A stretch of DNA of 43,160 bases from a virus (Duplodnaviria > Heunggongvirae > Uroviricota > Caudoviricetes), in IMG/VR virus record IMGVR_UViG_3300014682_000024, positions 1-43,160 of that record; one strand, written 5' to 3'. Position 1 is the stretch's first letter, and each line of letters starts with the position of its first letter. Positions 1 to 8,773 of this stretch are shown here, one piece after another. The notes beneath the pieces were generated by a model, which had not been told where the DNA came from, searched no databases, and saw only the letters and a list, made by a program, of their open reading frames with translations. Both the position numbers and the translations under genes were made by a program.

Positions 1-546
1 ATGACACGTCTTGCTTTATATATACTATTAGCTTTGCCGTGCCTAAGCTCTTTTTACGTTAACGCGTCTTCTTTACAGGAACAATTAGCGGCTATTGCGC
101 GAGCCGAAAATGAAGGTAAAACCGAAGAAAAACGTATTGAAGATGCACGTAAAGAACAAGAGCGCCAACGTGCCAATGCGGAAAGGATTCGCAAAGAGAA
201 AGCAGCAGCTATGGCAGCAGCAAAAGAAAAACAACGACGAGCGGCTGAGCTTGAGCGTAAGGCTAAGCTCGAAGCAGAAATAGCGGCAGATAAAAAACGC
301 GATCAAGATTATGAAGATCAACTACGCCAACTTGAACTAGAAAACCGAAAACTCGAACTCGAAGCTAAAAGGGCCAGAGTAAATAGAGCAAACGATTTTC
401 TGGACCAAGAACTCAAGGAACGGGCTGCACAAACTGACGTTATTCAATCAGAAGCGGACGCTCGGCGTAATATTTCAACTGGTACCAAAGAATTGTTGCA
501 AAGTGAGGGAAAAGCGAGAGAGAGTAAAGCCGATAGCTGGTGGTAA
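1..546 (+). CDS. Secreted coiled-coil protein (E/K/R/A-rich) with N-terminal signal peptide; moron candidate
   Basis: ORF starts at window position 1. Hydrophobic N-terminus ending VNA, then a long charged heptad-like region. Convergent with the tail genes and separated from them by a hairpin. Confidence 0.4.
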   Translation: MTRLALYILLALPCLSSFYVNASSLQEQLAAIARAENEGKTEEKRIEDARKEQERQRANAERIRKEKAAAMAAAKEKQRRAAELERKAKLEAEIAADKKRDQDYEDQLRQLELENRKLELEAKRARVNRANDFLDQELKERAAQTDVIQSEADARRNISTGTKELLQSEGKARESKADSWW

Positions 547-552
547 TGATAT

Positions 553-574
553 AGTGAGGGGTACCCCCCTCACT
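553..574. terminator. GC-rich hairpin between convergent genes (agtgagggg-tacc-cccctcact); no clear U-tract
   Basis: Perfect 9-bp inverted repeat read directly in the sequence. Confidence 0.35.
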
Positions 575-614
575 ACCGCTATTATATGACAACTTGTTAT
601 TTGCATTTTCTGAG

Positions 615-1193
615 TTAATTACTGCTAATTGCAATCGTTCTAATTGAGCGCAAATCATCCAAGCGGCTCAACTCCTCTTTTATCTCCCGCTGACGACGAT
701 AAATCTCATCGTTGCGCTCGACCTGAGCCTGAGCCATTGCTGCTGCCAGTTCTTCCAATTCCGGCATTGACAGTTTCACCTGTTGATTATCGGCATCACC
801 CCACGCAAGGGCGGTTCGTGTCGTATCCGATTTTGCAGCCATTACTACCGGATAAAGGCGAGCCAGTGAGTCGGGGCCAGCGTTCCAGGTACGTCCGTTC
901 CATTCAAACGTGAAGGGCTGCGCTTCCTGTTCTGTTCGCCACGCCTCGATTTCCCGCTTTTTGGCATCCTTCGCCGTGGCGATAAGTTCAGGTGTGATGG
1001 CAAATGGGGCGATTTCGCCCCATTTGCCGCTCTGTAACTCTTCCCAGATGTGCTGGCCTGTCGGGGTGCTATCGTCCTGCACAGCGGTATACGGGACGAA
1101 TTCCGTTTCACCCTCAAATAACACCTCGCAGTCAACCGCACAATTTTCGAGATAATGGGCGTTTCTGACGCCTTTTACCGCTCTGATTTTCAT
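615..1193 (-). CDS. Putative tail fibre assembly/chaperone protein
   Basis: Lies immediately downstream of the Stf-like fibre gene; W/D-rich central motif (FTFEWNGRTWN, WGDADNQ) as in fibre-chaperone families. Confidence 0.45.
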   Translation of the reverse strand: MKIRAVKGVRNAHYLENCAVDCEVLFEGETEFVPYTAVQDDSTPTGQHIWEELQSGKWGEIAPFAITPELIATAKDAKKREIEAWRTEQEAQPFTFEWNGRTWNAGPDSLARLYPVVMAAKSDTTRTALAWGDADNQQVKLSMPELEELAAAMAQAQVERNDEIYRRQREIKEELSRLDDLRSIRTIAISSN

Positions 1194-1206
1194 GTTTTAT
1201 TCCCCG

Positions 1207-4200
1207 TTACTCGATGCGCACAAACAGGCAGATACGACCGCTTGTTCCGTAAGAGTCCCTGACCCCGGATAACGCCATATAACGCCCCGGAAAAGGGTAC
1301 CCTGTTGCTCCTGCACTTGGTGTTGAACCGTAAGAGCCAGGCCCTGCAGAAGATATTGTGCACGAAAGATTAACCCCGCCCAGTTGTGACCCTGGCACCA
1401 CATCACCCAGGCCAATTTTGATTTCTTTATCCCCGGAAGTTGTTCCGCGATAAACAGCAAGCACCGGAACACCCACTGCCGGGTATTTGAAATATGAGCC
1501 TGAGCCTGCCGTTCGGGACAGCAGGAACGCCAGCGAATCGCCATCGTAAATGACAGGGCTTACTGTTGCATTCCAGTTGTTTCCACTCCAGCGGTAAGTC
1601 AGGCGATGAATACTGTGCTCACCTTCGTAATACTGGTTAAAACACAGCAGCGTTTTGAATTTGCGCGTTGTGTCTGACTCGTCGTTATCAAAGGGTGACC
1701 ACATCACATCAATGATGCCGTTAAATTTCGTTGTGCCAACCAGCAGCGTGGAAGAGTCTGCAATACTGACCGCATAACGCCCCGGCGTGGCCTCTTTCAG
1801 CCATTCAGCAAAATCGGCCTGCCCGTTAAATGTCAGGGCTTCGGTGCTGGCAAATGCCTGACCGAATCCATGCATACCGGACAGTGCCAGCCTGCCCTGT
1901 GTGCGGTCGCGGATATCACTCTGGGGTTCCATCGTCGCAGCCGCTTTCAGCTCAAGCTCCGTGCGCATGGCTTCAGGTGTGTCCAGCGCCAGTAATGCGC
2001 GGGCTTTTTCTGACAGCTGCGCCAGTAAAATCCGGCCCTCTGCACTGAAATAAGGCAGTGTGTTTTCTTCCGGTGTTATCTGGCTGACAGCCGTTAACAC
2101 GTCATTAAGCGGTTGTTTACCTGCCAGTGCTTTAGTGACGGTTGTCGCAAAGTTCGGGTCATTACCCAGCGCCGCTGCCAGTTCGTTCAGCGTGTCCAGG
2201 GCTTCCGGTGATGAGCCAACCAGCGCGGCAAGCAGTTTGCGGACAAACGCCGCATTGGCTATTTCAGTGCCTGCTGCGTCATCTGGCGGGGTTGGTGTTG
2301 TCGGTGCTCCGGTCAGTGCCGGGCTTTTCAGGGGCGCGCGTGCTTCAATCTGTGCAATGAGTGAAGCCACATCAACCTTCAGGTTTTCCCAGCCAACCAG
2401 ATACCCATGACCACCAACGTAGCGATTGTAATAAATCTGACCATTAACACCGTAATAAATTACTGCCTTATAGGCCCTGTCATCTGTTGAGCTTTTAGGT
2501 TGTGGCCAGATAATTTCAATAACGCCGTTTGTCTGAATGCCTGGTACCACCACATTTGTGTCCGCAAATACGGTATAACGACCGGGTTTTGCCGTTTTTA
2601 CCCAGCGGAGAAAATCGACCTCTGTTTTAAATTCGGTCCTGTCGCCGCTGGAAAATACTTTCCCGAATCCAAACATGCCGGGAATCGCCAGACGGCCTTC
2701 GGTGCGGTCGTAAATATTCTCCTGTGCATCCTTCTGTGCTGCATTGCCAAGTTGTAGCGTCAGATTCGTCCAGGTGACCGGGGCGGAGATATTATCGCCA
2801 CGAACGGTCATGAGAATCCGTCCGTCTTTTCCAAAAAACAGAACCAGCTTTGTTGCTGTCTGGCTTGTTTTGTCGCCCCAGCCATTATCCAGCCAGATAA
2901 TTTCTGTTATTCCGGTCGTCTCTTCCGTTTGTGTGGAAAAGGTGTAATACCGTCCCGGGTGCAGGTTGTGCGCAGTTCTGGCTACAGTCGCCATATCGCT
3001 GGCAATAATTGAACGCGCTCCGGCGTCCGTCATTCCGTAACCAAATGCACCAGGCAGCGCAACACGGCCTTCCGAGCTGTCGTAAAGGTCTGTCTGAATG
3101 TCCCTTACCGCTGCGCTTTTCAGCTCAAGCTCATTGCGCATGGTTTCCACTGTGGCCTGTGCCAGCAGTGACCGGGCTTTTTCTGACAGTGGAGACAGTG
3201 AAGCATTTCCGTCCTGATTAAAGCACAGAAGATTATCTGCCCGTTCTTCCAGATTACTGATTGCGGTTAACACGTCACTGAGTGGTTGTTTACCCGCCAG
3301 CGCGTTCATGATTGTTGTCGCAAACTCCGGGTCATTGCCCAGCGCCGCTGCCAGCTCGTTCAGTGTGTCCAGGGCTTCCGGTGACGAGTCAACCAGCGCA
3401 GCAAGCAGTTTGCGAACAAAAGCCGCATTCGCTGTTTCCAGACCGGCAGCATCGTCCGGTGGGGTTGGTGTGGTTGGCGTGCCGGTGAACGCCGGGCTGT
3501 CCAGCGGCGCTTTTGTTTTCGTTTCGTCCATGACGGCTTTGACGGCTTTTGGTGTGGCTGCCAGTTCTTCGCTGTCGTTGTCTGTATCACTACAGAGTTG
3601 CACCAGACCTTTTTCTGTCGTGGAAGCATTGCTTCCCTTCAGGTCATCAACTATCCGTTGCGCCTCGTCCCTGTGCTGTTTCGCGTTCTGCTCGCTTTTT
3701 GCTGCCGCTTCGGCGCTGGCTTTTGCCTCACCGGTCAGCGTTGCGGCATCAGCAAGTTTATCGACCGCTTTCTGGACTATCTTATCGGCATCTTTGACCG
3801 CCTGTTCTGCCCGGGCGGCATCCTGTGTGGCAGATGATGCCAGCTGTGCCACCTGCTTTTTATCTTCGGCAACGGATTCTGCATTCTGCTGTACGTTATC
3901 CGCCAGCGTCTGGCAATCCCCCTTAATCTTCTGCGCATCAGCGACATGTTGCCCGGCCTGTCGTTCGCTTTCCGCTGCCGCTTCCGCGCTCTGCTGCGCC
4001 TGCGCCACCATTTCCTCAAAGCGTTTCACTACATCCGGCTTTAAATCGCCTTCATCAAGGGCAGTCAGAAAGTCGTTCAGCGTGCCGGGCTTTGAATCGT
4101 CGTAAACCGAAATATCACCAACACAATATTCTCTTTCAATACATGACCGAAGATAAACGTCATATCTTCCGGTCTGAGCCTCAAATGCATATTCTCCTGC

Positions 4201-4335
4201 CGGCCCCGTCACCACTGTTGCCACCGTTCTCATGACCACTGCGGATGTATTCTGTCGGGCTTTCAGAATAATATGGTATCCGGACATGGGGAGTCCCGTG
4301 CCATCCGTCAGCACACCCGAAATTAATACAGACAT
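1207..4335 (-). CDS. stf: Side tail fibre protein, lambda Stf-like, with an internally duplicated central domain
   Basis: N-terminus (ISGVL.DGTG...KAR.N...TLNDFL) and central block (LAATPKAVK..MDET..KAPLDSPA.TGTPT...LNELAAALGNDP.FATT...ALAGKQP) match the lambda Stf pattern; the central block occurs twice. Confidence 0.8.
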   Translation of the reverse strand: MSVLISGVLTDGTGLPMSGYHIILKARQNTSAVVMRTVATVVTGPAGEYAFEAQTGRYDVYLRSCIEREYCVGDISVYDDSKPGTLNDFLTALDEGDLKPDVVKRFEEMVAQAQQSAEAAAESERQAGQHVADAQKIKGDCQTLADNVQQNAESVAEDKKQVAQLASSATQDAARAEQAVKDADKIVQKAVDKLADAATLTGEAKASAEAAAKSEQNAKQHRDEAQRIVDDLKGSNASTTEKGLVQLCSDTDNDSEELAATPKAVKAVMDETKTKAPLDSPAFTGTPTTPTPPDDAAGLETANAAFVRKLLAALVDSSPEALDTLNELAAALGNDPEFATTIMNALAGKQPLSDVLTAISNLEERADNLLCFNQDGNASLSPLSEKARSLLAQATVETMRNELELKSAAVRDIQTDLYDSSEGRVALPGAFGYGMTDAGARSIIASDMATVARTAHNLHPGRYYTFSTQTEETTGITEIIWLDNGWGDKTSQTATKLVLFFGKDGRILMTVRGDNISAPVTWTNLTLQLGNAAQKDAQENIYDRTEGRLAIPGMFGFGKVFSSGDRTEFKTEVDFLRWVKTAKPGRYTVFADTNVVVPGIQTNGVIEIIWPQPKSSTDDRAYKAVIYYGVNGQIYYNRYVGGHGYLVGWENLKVDVASLIAQIEARAPLKSPALTGAPTTPTPPDDAAGTEIANAAFVRKLLAALVGSSPEALDTLNELAAALGNDPNFATTVTKALAGKQPLNDVLTAVSQITPEENTLPYFSAEGRILLAQLSEKARALLALDTPEAMRTELELKAAATMEPQSDIRDRTQGRLALSGMHGFGQAFASTEALTFNGQADFAEWLKEATPGRYAVSIADSSTLLVGTTKFNGIIDVMWSPFDNDESDTTRKFKTLLCFNQYYEGEHSIHRLTYRWSGNNWNATVSPVIYDGDSLAFLLSRTAGSGSYFKYPAVGVPVLAVYRGTTSGDKEIKIGLGDVVPGSQLGGVNLSCTISSAGPGSYGSTPSAGATGYPFPGRYMALSGVRDSYGTSGRICLFVRIE

Positions 4336-4359
4336 GTTTATTTCCTGATTCAGAAAACA

Positions 4360-5448
4360 TTAACCAAAATAATTGACGCCTTTTTTCTTGCCACTGGCTT
4401 TCCCCTTTGCAGAAATATCCGTGGTCAGTGACAGATTCAGCGTAAATCCCTGTCCCGGTACCAGTGAAAACTCCACAGACTCAGCCTGCCAGTGATGGTC
4501 CTCACGCACACCAAATCCCTGCGTGACAAAACGCATCTCCGCCCCTGCTTTCAGCAGTTCCGGCCTGCAGGGCAACGTTATCGTCATCTGGCGTCCGGCT
4601 TTCTGCACACGTTTAACCTTCGACTCTGCACAGTGTTTTGCGGTGCCCTGGTCAGGCTGGGTAAACGGATGCCGCTTATCTGTTGACTCCACGTCAACTT
4701 TAACTTCACGTGTGCGTCCGTCACGGGCATCAAAATACCGGACCCCAACTTTCCCGCTCTTTTTATCCCCCTTCGCACCACCCGCAGCGCCCTGTCGCTC
4801 ACCTTCACGATAATCCCAGTCTGATACCATACCCGGCGTAATGGTTATCTCAGGCGCATTTCTGCCCCCCGTACTCTGTGATGCCCCGTATTCCAGAAAT
4901 AACCAGTAGCCATTGGTCGGTTTACTGGTGGCGCCGTACATACCTGCAATGCGGGACAAGAGAGCAGCATCAGATTCTGATGACTGCATCACCCACGGGA
5001 TATGAATATCAGCAAGCACCGATGAGACGCGCGCCACCAGATTATTTTCAGTGGCGATGGTTTTCACCAGGTCGCCCAGTGTGATATCGCTGAAAGCCCG
5101 GGTTTTCAGTGCGGTCACGTCTGCGCCATGTTTTGACGCATTCATGGGGGCTGCGGTGGCATAAATGGTGAGCCGGCGGGGAGGACCACCGCTTGCCACC
5201 TGACAGACGGTAAAACTGCCTTTATTGACCAGATTTCCGTTGAACCCCAGTCCCAGCGTTAGCACCGCGCCTTTCGGTGGTAACGCCAGCGTCTCGCTGA
5301 ACAGCGTTATCATCAGTTCATCGGACCGCTTTGTGCCAGCACCATTATCGGTATATCGCAGTTCAGCCAGCCCCCGTTTTAGGGCCTTCGTGATATCCTG
5401 GCCTTCCGCTGTCAGGCTGAAATCCGGCTGATATTCATTCAGTCCCAT
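4360..5448 (-). CDS. Tail protein D (P2 gpD / late control D family)
   Basis: Size and position at the end of the contractile tail cluster after U and X. Confidence 0.7.
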   Translation of the reverse strand: MGLNEYQPDFSLTAEGQDITKALKRGLAELRYTDNGAGTKRSDELMITLFSETLALPPKGAVLTLGLGFNGNLVNKGSFTVCQVASGGPPRRLTIYATAAPMNASKHGADVTALKTRAFSDITLGDLVKTIATENNLVARVSSVLADIHIPWVMQSSESDAALLSRIAGMYGATSKPTNGYWLFLEYGASQSTGGRNAPEITITPGMVSDWDYREGERQGAAGGAKGDKKSGKVGVRYFDARDGRTREVKVDVESTDKRHPFTQPDQGTAKHCAESKVKRVQKAGRQMTITLPCRPELLKAGAEMRFVTQGFGVREDHHWQAESVEFSLVPGQGFTLNLSLTTDISAKGKASGKKKGVNYFG

Positions 5449-5657
5449 AACTGATACGTCTCCTTCACTTCCGGTTCATATACCCAGTCCGGCAACACGA
5501 TTTCCACTCCCGCCGGATAGACCGGACCAAGGTCAGCCAGTCCGGGATTGGCTTCCAGTACCGCCGCCAGTGACTGGTTAAGCCCGGTACTGCCATAGTG
5601 TCTCTGGCAGATGTCATCCAGCATATCGCCGTCAGTGGTCCGCCAGTTTTTCGCCAT
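5439..5657 (-). CDS. Tail protein X (P2 gpX-like, LysM-like)
   Basis: 72 aa; motif GDMLDDIC.RHYG...VLEANPGLADLG...LPD...LW as in gpX. Confidence 0.75.
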   Translation of the reverse strand: MAKNWRTTDGDMLDDICQRHYGSTGLNQSLAAVLEANPGLADLGPVYPAGVEIVLPDWVYEPEVKETYQLWD

Positions 5658-6126
5658 AGTATTTCAGCTCCAGTGTGAACGTTTTGTTCTTCGGCGCACC
5701 GCCGGGAAGAAAGGACGTGGTGTTATCTGAATAGGCGGTTGCCACGAAATACCCCATCACATCACCTGTGCTCGAGACCAGAAGATGCGGGGCCGGATTG
5801 TCATCCACCATCTGAACCAGTGTATCAAGGGCATCCATTCCCACACCGTCACGAAATCCCGCGTGCGCCATACCTTCAAGGGTTATTGTTCTGGCCCCCT
5901 TGCCGGTATACTGCAGCAGATCGTTTTTTCCGATAAGCTGTTGTTCATCCCATCGCCATTCCATCGTGCGCTTCATGGCGTTATAAGCAGCAGTATCAAT
6001 ACTGAATTCAAACTCACCAAACGACAGCATGACGCGGGAGGCGACATCCGTTAATGATCCCACCGCGTCCCATGCTTCACGCTCAAGCCGGTTTACGCCC
6101 CAGCCCAGCAAATCCACCATATTCAC
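5632..6126 (-). CDS. Tail protein U-like
   Basis: Position between tape measure and X/D as in P2 and R-pyocin clusters; size about 164 aa. Confidence 0.55.
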   Translation of the reverse strand: MNMVDLLGWGVNRLEREAWDAVGSLTDVASRVMLSFGEFEFSIDTAAYNAMKRTMEWRWDEQQLIGKNDLLQYTGKGARTITLEGMAHAGFRDGVGMDALDTLVQMVDDNPAPHLLVSSTGDVMGYFVATAYSDNTTSFLPGGAPKNKTFTLELKYYGEKLADH

Positions 6127-7775
6127 CCCCAGAATGCCTCGCCATCGGTCATGCGGGAACGCTGACCAAAATGAATATCTCCCAGATTTTTCGTTACCCT
6201 GTCAGCCAGTTGTCCGGCATCCTCGCCAGGCTTCTGAGTGATGTTAAATTCCGCCCGTATCTGATACGTGGGTTTTACTTCCACCTGGCTGACACTGCCG
6301 GGGGTATACTGAAGAGCCGAGAGAGGATCCGAATTACCCTGCCCCTGAACTGCTGCAGGAAGTCCGTCAATATAGGTGCGGGATTTCTCTTTTATCGCCT
6401 TAAAATCAGGTTCTTCTTTCGGCCCCAGCAGAGGGTCGAGAAATGCATCAAACTTTTTATCGTCATGATTCCAGGGGAGATAACCGCGGGTGTCTTTATA
6501 GGCCTGTACAACCTGTTTTGTCAGGTCAGGATTTTGCCTGAGCAGTTCATCAAACCATTCACCCTGACCGTTTTTCTGCGCCACTGCTCTCGCCAGCTCC
6601 GGCGACCCCATTTTTGCCAGATACTCCAGCACTTCCCGTCGGTCCTCTCGCGGATCATCCGCCAGCCCCCACTCAATGGCTTTTTGTGTAATTCCGGCAA
6701 GAACTTTTCCAAATTTCCACATCCAGGCAGCCATGTCGATCAGCGCCGGCAGGGCATCATCACGAATAAATGCCCGGATTTTTTCCAGCCCACCATTCTT
6801 AAACCAGGCCGCAAGGTCATCCGTCACCTGTTGAATATGTGGGGCAAGTTCATTACCCAGCTGTCCGCTGATTTCATCAATGGAAGAACTCAGAACATTA
6901 CGGAGATTTGACAGTGCCACATGTCCCTGAACTGCGCCATCAGCCCCTGCCTTTGTCACCAGGTTATAGCGTTTCTGCTCACTGATAAGCTCCCGGTAAG
7001 TTTTCCCTGACAGACGCATCCAGGTCAGAATTTTATTGGCCTCACCACCGAACAACGCATCTGCCATCCCGGCTGCCACCTGTTCATTCTCTACCTGCAG
7101 TAAGCGATCAAATAAAAATTCGACCTGCTCCTGGTTACTTTTCCCTGCCATAACCCCGGCTTTCAGTCCCAGTTTGCCAAAGACCTCCTGAATGGCCCCT
7201 TTATCCGTGGCACCATTATCATCGTCAAAAACCTTGTTCCGGTACTCCTCAAACAGATCACCGATGTTTTCACCGTTCAGCCCCATCAGTCGGGCCAGAG
7301 AATCCCATGACGCATAGGTTTCATAATCCACCCCATAACTGCGGGCTATCCCTGCTCGCTCTGCCGTCTCCGTATTCCGGTTAAGCACAGCGGCAGTGCC
7401 CGCTGCCAGCGTCAACCCGGAACCAACCGAAAGCCCAAAACCGGTTTTAAGGATCGTCCCCGCCCGCCCTTTCCAGCGTTCCAGGCGTTCCGCACGAGCC
7501 AGTTTACGGTTAAATTTGTCCTGTTCTCCGGTGGCATCATGAATTTTTTTACCCAGCTTTTCATACTGCTTTCGCAGATCAGTAATATCCTGTCCAGCCA
7601 GTACGCCAGCCTGAATTTTTCGTTTCAGTACGTCCTGCTGGCGTGTCAGACGAGCCACTTCCTGTGTTGCCCCTGATAATCCGTGCTTCAGTCCATCAAC
7701 CGATTTTTTCCACGACGGATCTATCGTGCCTCCGATCCGGATATTCGCTTTAAGGTTATCGCCCACCGTTGCCAT
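6123..7775 (-). CDS. Tail tape measure protein
   Basis: Long alpha-helical protein directly after the E/E' chaperone pair; start codon overlaps the E' stop. Confidence 0.75.
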   Translation of the reverse strand: MATVGDNLKANIRIGGTIDPSWKKSVDGLKHGLSGATQEVARLTRQQDVLKRKIQAGVLAGQDITDLRKQYEKLGKKIHDATGEQDKFNRKLARAERLERWKGRAGTILKTGFGLSVGSGLTLAAGTAAVLNRNTETAERAGIARSYGVDYETYASWDSLARLMGLNGENIGDLFEEYRNKVFDDDNGATDKGAIQEVFGKLGLKAGVMAGKSNQEQVEFLFDRLLQVENEQVAAGMADALFGGEANKILTWMRLSGKTYRELISEQKRYNLVTKAGADGAVQGHVALSNLRNVLSSSIDEISGQLGNELAPHIQQVTDDLAAWFKNGGLEKIRAFIRDDALPALIDMAAWMWKFGKVLAGITQKAIEWGLADDPREDRREVLEYLAKMGSPELARAVAQKNGQGEWFDELLRQNPDLTKQVVQAYKDTRGYLPWNHDDKKFDAFLDPLLGPKEEPDFKAIKEKSRTYIDGLPAAVQGQGNSDPLSALQYTPGSVSQVEVKPTYQIRAEFNITQKPGEDAGQLADRVTKNLGDIHFGQRSRMTDGEAFWG

Positions 7776-8201
7776 AACGTTGCTTCCTCTCTTCCGACTC
7801 CGCCAGCATCATTGCCACAAAATCCGTATACGGCAGCGCCATCACATCTCCGGGAGACCACCCGAACCAGGCACCGGCGCGCCGTATCGCTGTCAGGATG
7901 CTTTCTTCTTCCGCCGGACCGGCGGCAACAAAAAAACATTAAACTGACGCTCCAGGGCCAGGTAATCACACGCTTCCATGTTCATCATGTCCGCCGCGTC
8001 CATCCCGCACAGACCGGCGATCATATCCAGATCAGCCTCTGCTTCCGGTTTGGTACTCCGGCGATGCAACAGACGATCGCGGACGGTGGGCGCACGCATG
8101 GTGACGTGCGTGATCGTCTGTCCGGATGCGGTGACATACGGCACGGATAACACAATTTCCACGCTGCTGGCAGGAACGCTGTTTTTTTCCGACATAAGCA
8201 T
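7756..8201 (-). CDS. E+E' fusion produced by programmed -1 frameshift (slip at about 7929-7935)
   Basis: Slippery heptamer T TTT TTG on the coding strand; the -1 frame stays open to a TAA at 7756-7758 overlapping the tape-measure start. Confidence 0.55.
7893..8201 (-). CDS. Tail assembly chaperone E (P2 gpE-like)
   Basis: About 100 aa ORF between tube and tape-measure genes containing a G TTT TTT G slippery site; likely true start is the internal ATG near 8195. Confidence 0.75.
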   Translation of the reverse strand: MLMSEKNSVPASSVEIVLSVPYVTASGQTITHVTMRAPTVRDRLLHRRSTKPEAEADLDMIAGLCGMDAADMMNMEACDYLALERQFNVFLLPPVRRKKKAS

Positions 8202-8204
8202 CTC

Positions 8205-8235
8205 CTTTAAAAAAGAAAAGGCGGCCTGAGCCGCC
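8205..8235 (-). terminator. Rho-independent terminator-like hairpin between tube gene and E
   Basis: ggcggc-ctga-gccgcc stem followed on the minus strand by a U-rich run. Confidence 0.45.
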
Positions 8236-8254
8236 TGAATGACAGGATCCCGGA

Positions 8255-8773
8255 TTAAACCCGGATGATTTTTTTCAGATCCGCCAGAACATTAACGCCA
8301 TTAATACGACGTACAAACTCCTCCGGAATAATGCAGATGGTTTCCAGGCCATCGACAGCCTGACGGTAATAACTCAGTGACATTTCCACTGTCACCGAAG
8401 CCTCTGCCTGTGATGTTGCCGGACGTGCATCCGGCGTGATACTGGTGATCATCCCCTGCAGGGTTTCCACCTGTCCGCTGGTCGCATTTCCCACCCGATA
8501 AGCCTGACGCACAACAATCTCCGGCGAATAAAGCCCGGCCTGCAATCCCAGCAGCGTAAGCATGGCAACATCATAACCATAAATCTTAAACGAACAGGTC
8601 AGCGCTTCCATGCCGTCATCCACTGCCACCGGTGCATCCATTGCGCCGGTTTTGATATCCACTGTCGTGATATTAATGGCAGGCGGCGTGTATTCATGCG
8701 CACCCTGAAGGCGGATCCCGCCAGGAAGAAATAACGCCCATGCGCGCAACAGTTTTTTTTCACCCGTAATCAT
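8255..8773 (-). CDS. Tail tube protein (P2 FII-like)
   Basis: About 170 aa protein immediately after the sheath gene with 4-nt overlap. Confidence 0.75.
   Translation of the reverse strand: MITGEKKLLRAWALFLPGGIRLQGAHEYTPPAINITTVDIKTGAMDAPVAVDDGMEALTCSFKIYGYDVAMLTLLGLQAGLYSPEIVVRQAYRVGNATSGQVETLQGMITSITPDARPATSQAEASVTVEMSLSYYRQAVDGLETICIIPEEFVRRINGVNVLADLKKIIRV

Noticed and set aside
3308-4105. 265-aa plus-strand ORF, and similar plus-strand ORFs such as 2060-2410, 6054-6911, 9746-10291, 14137-14727 and 16599-17342
   Set aside because: They lie antisense to well-supported minus-strand structural genes, have low-complexity Ser/Ala/Arg-rich composition and no RBS; judged to be shadow ORFs
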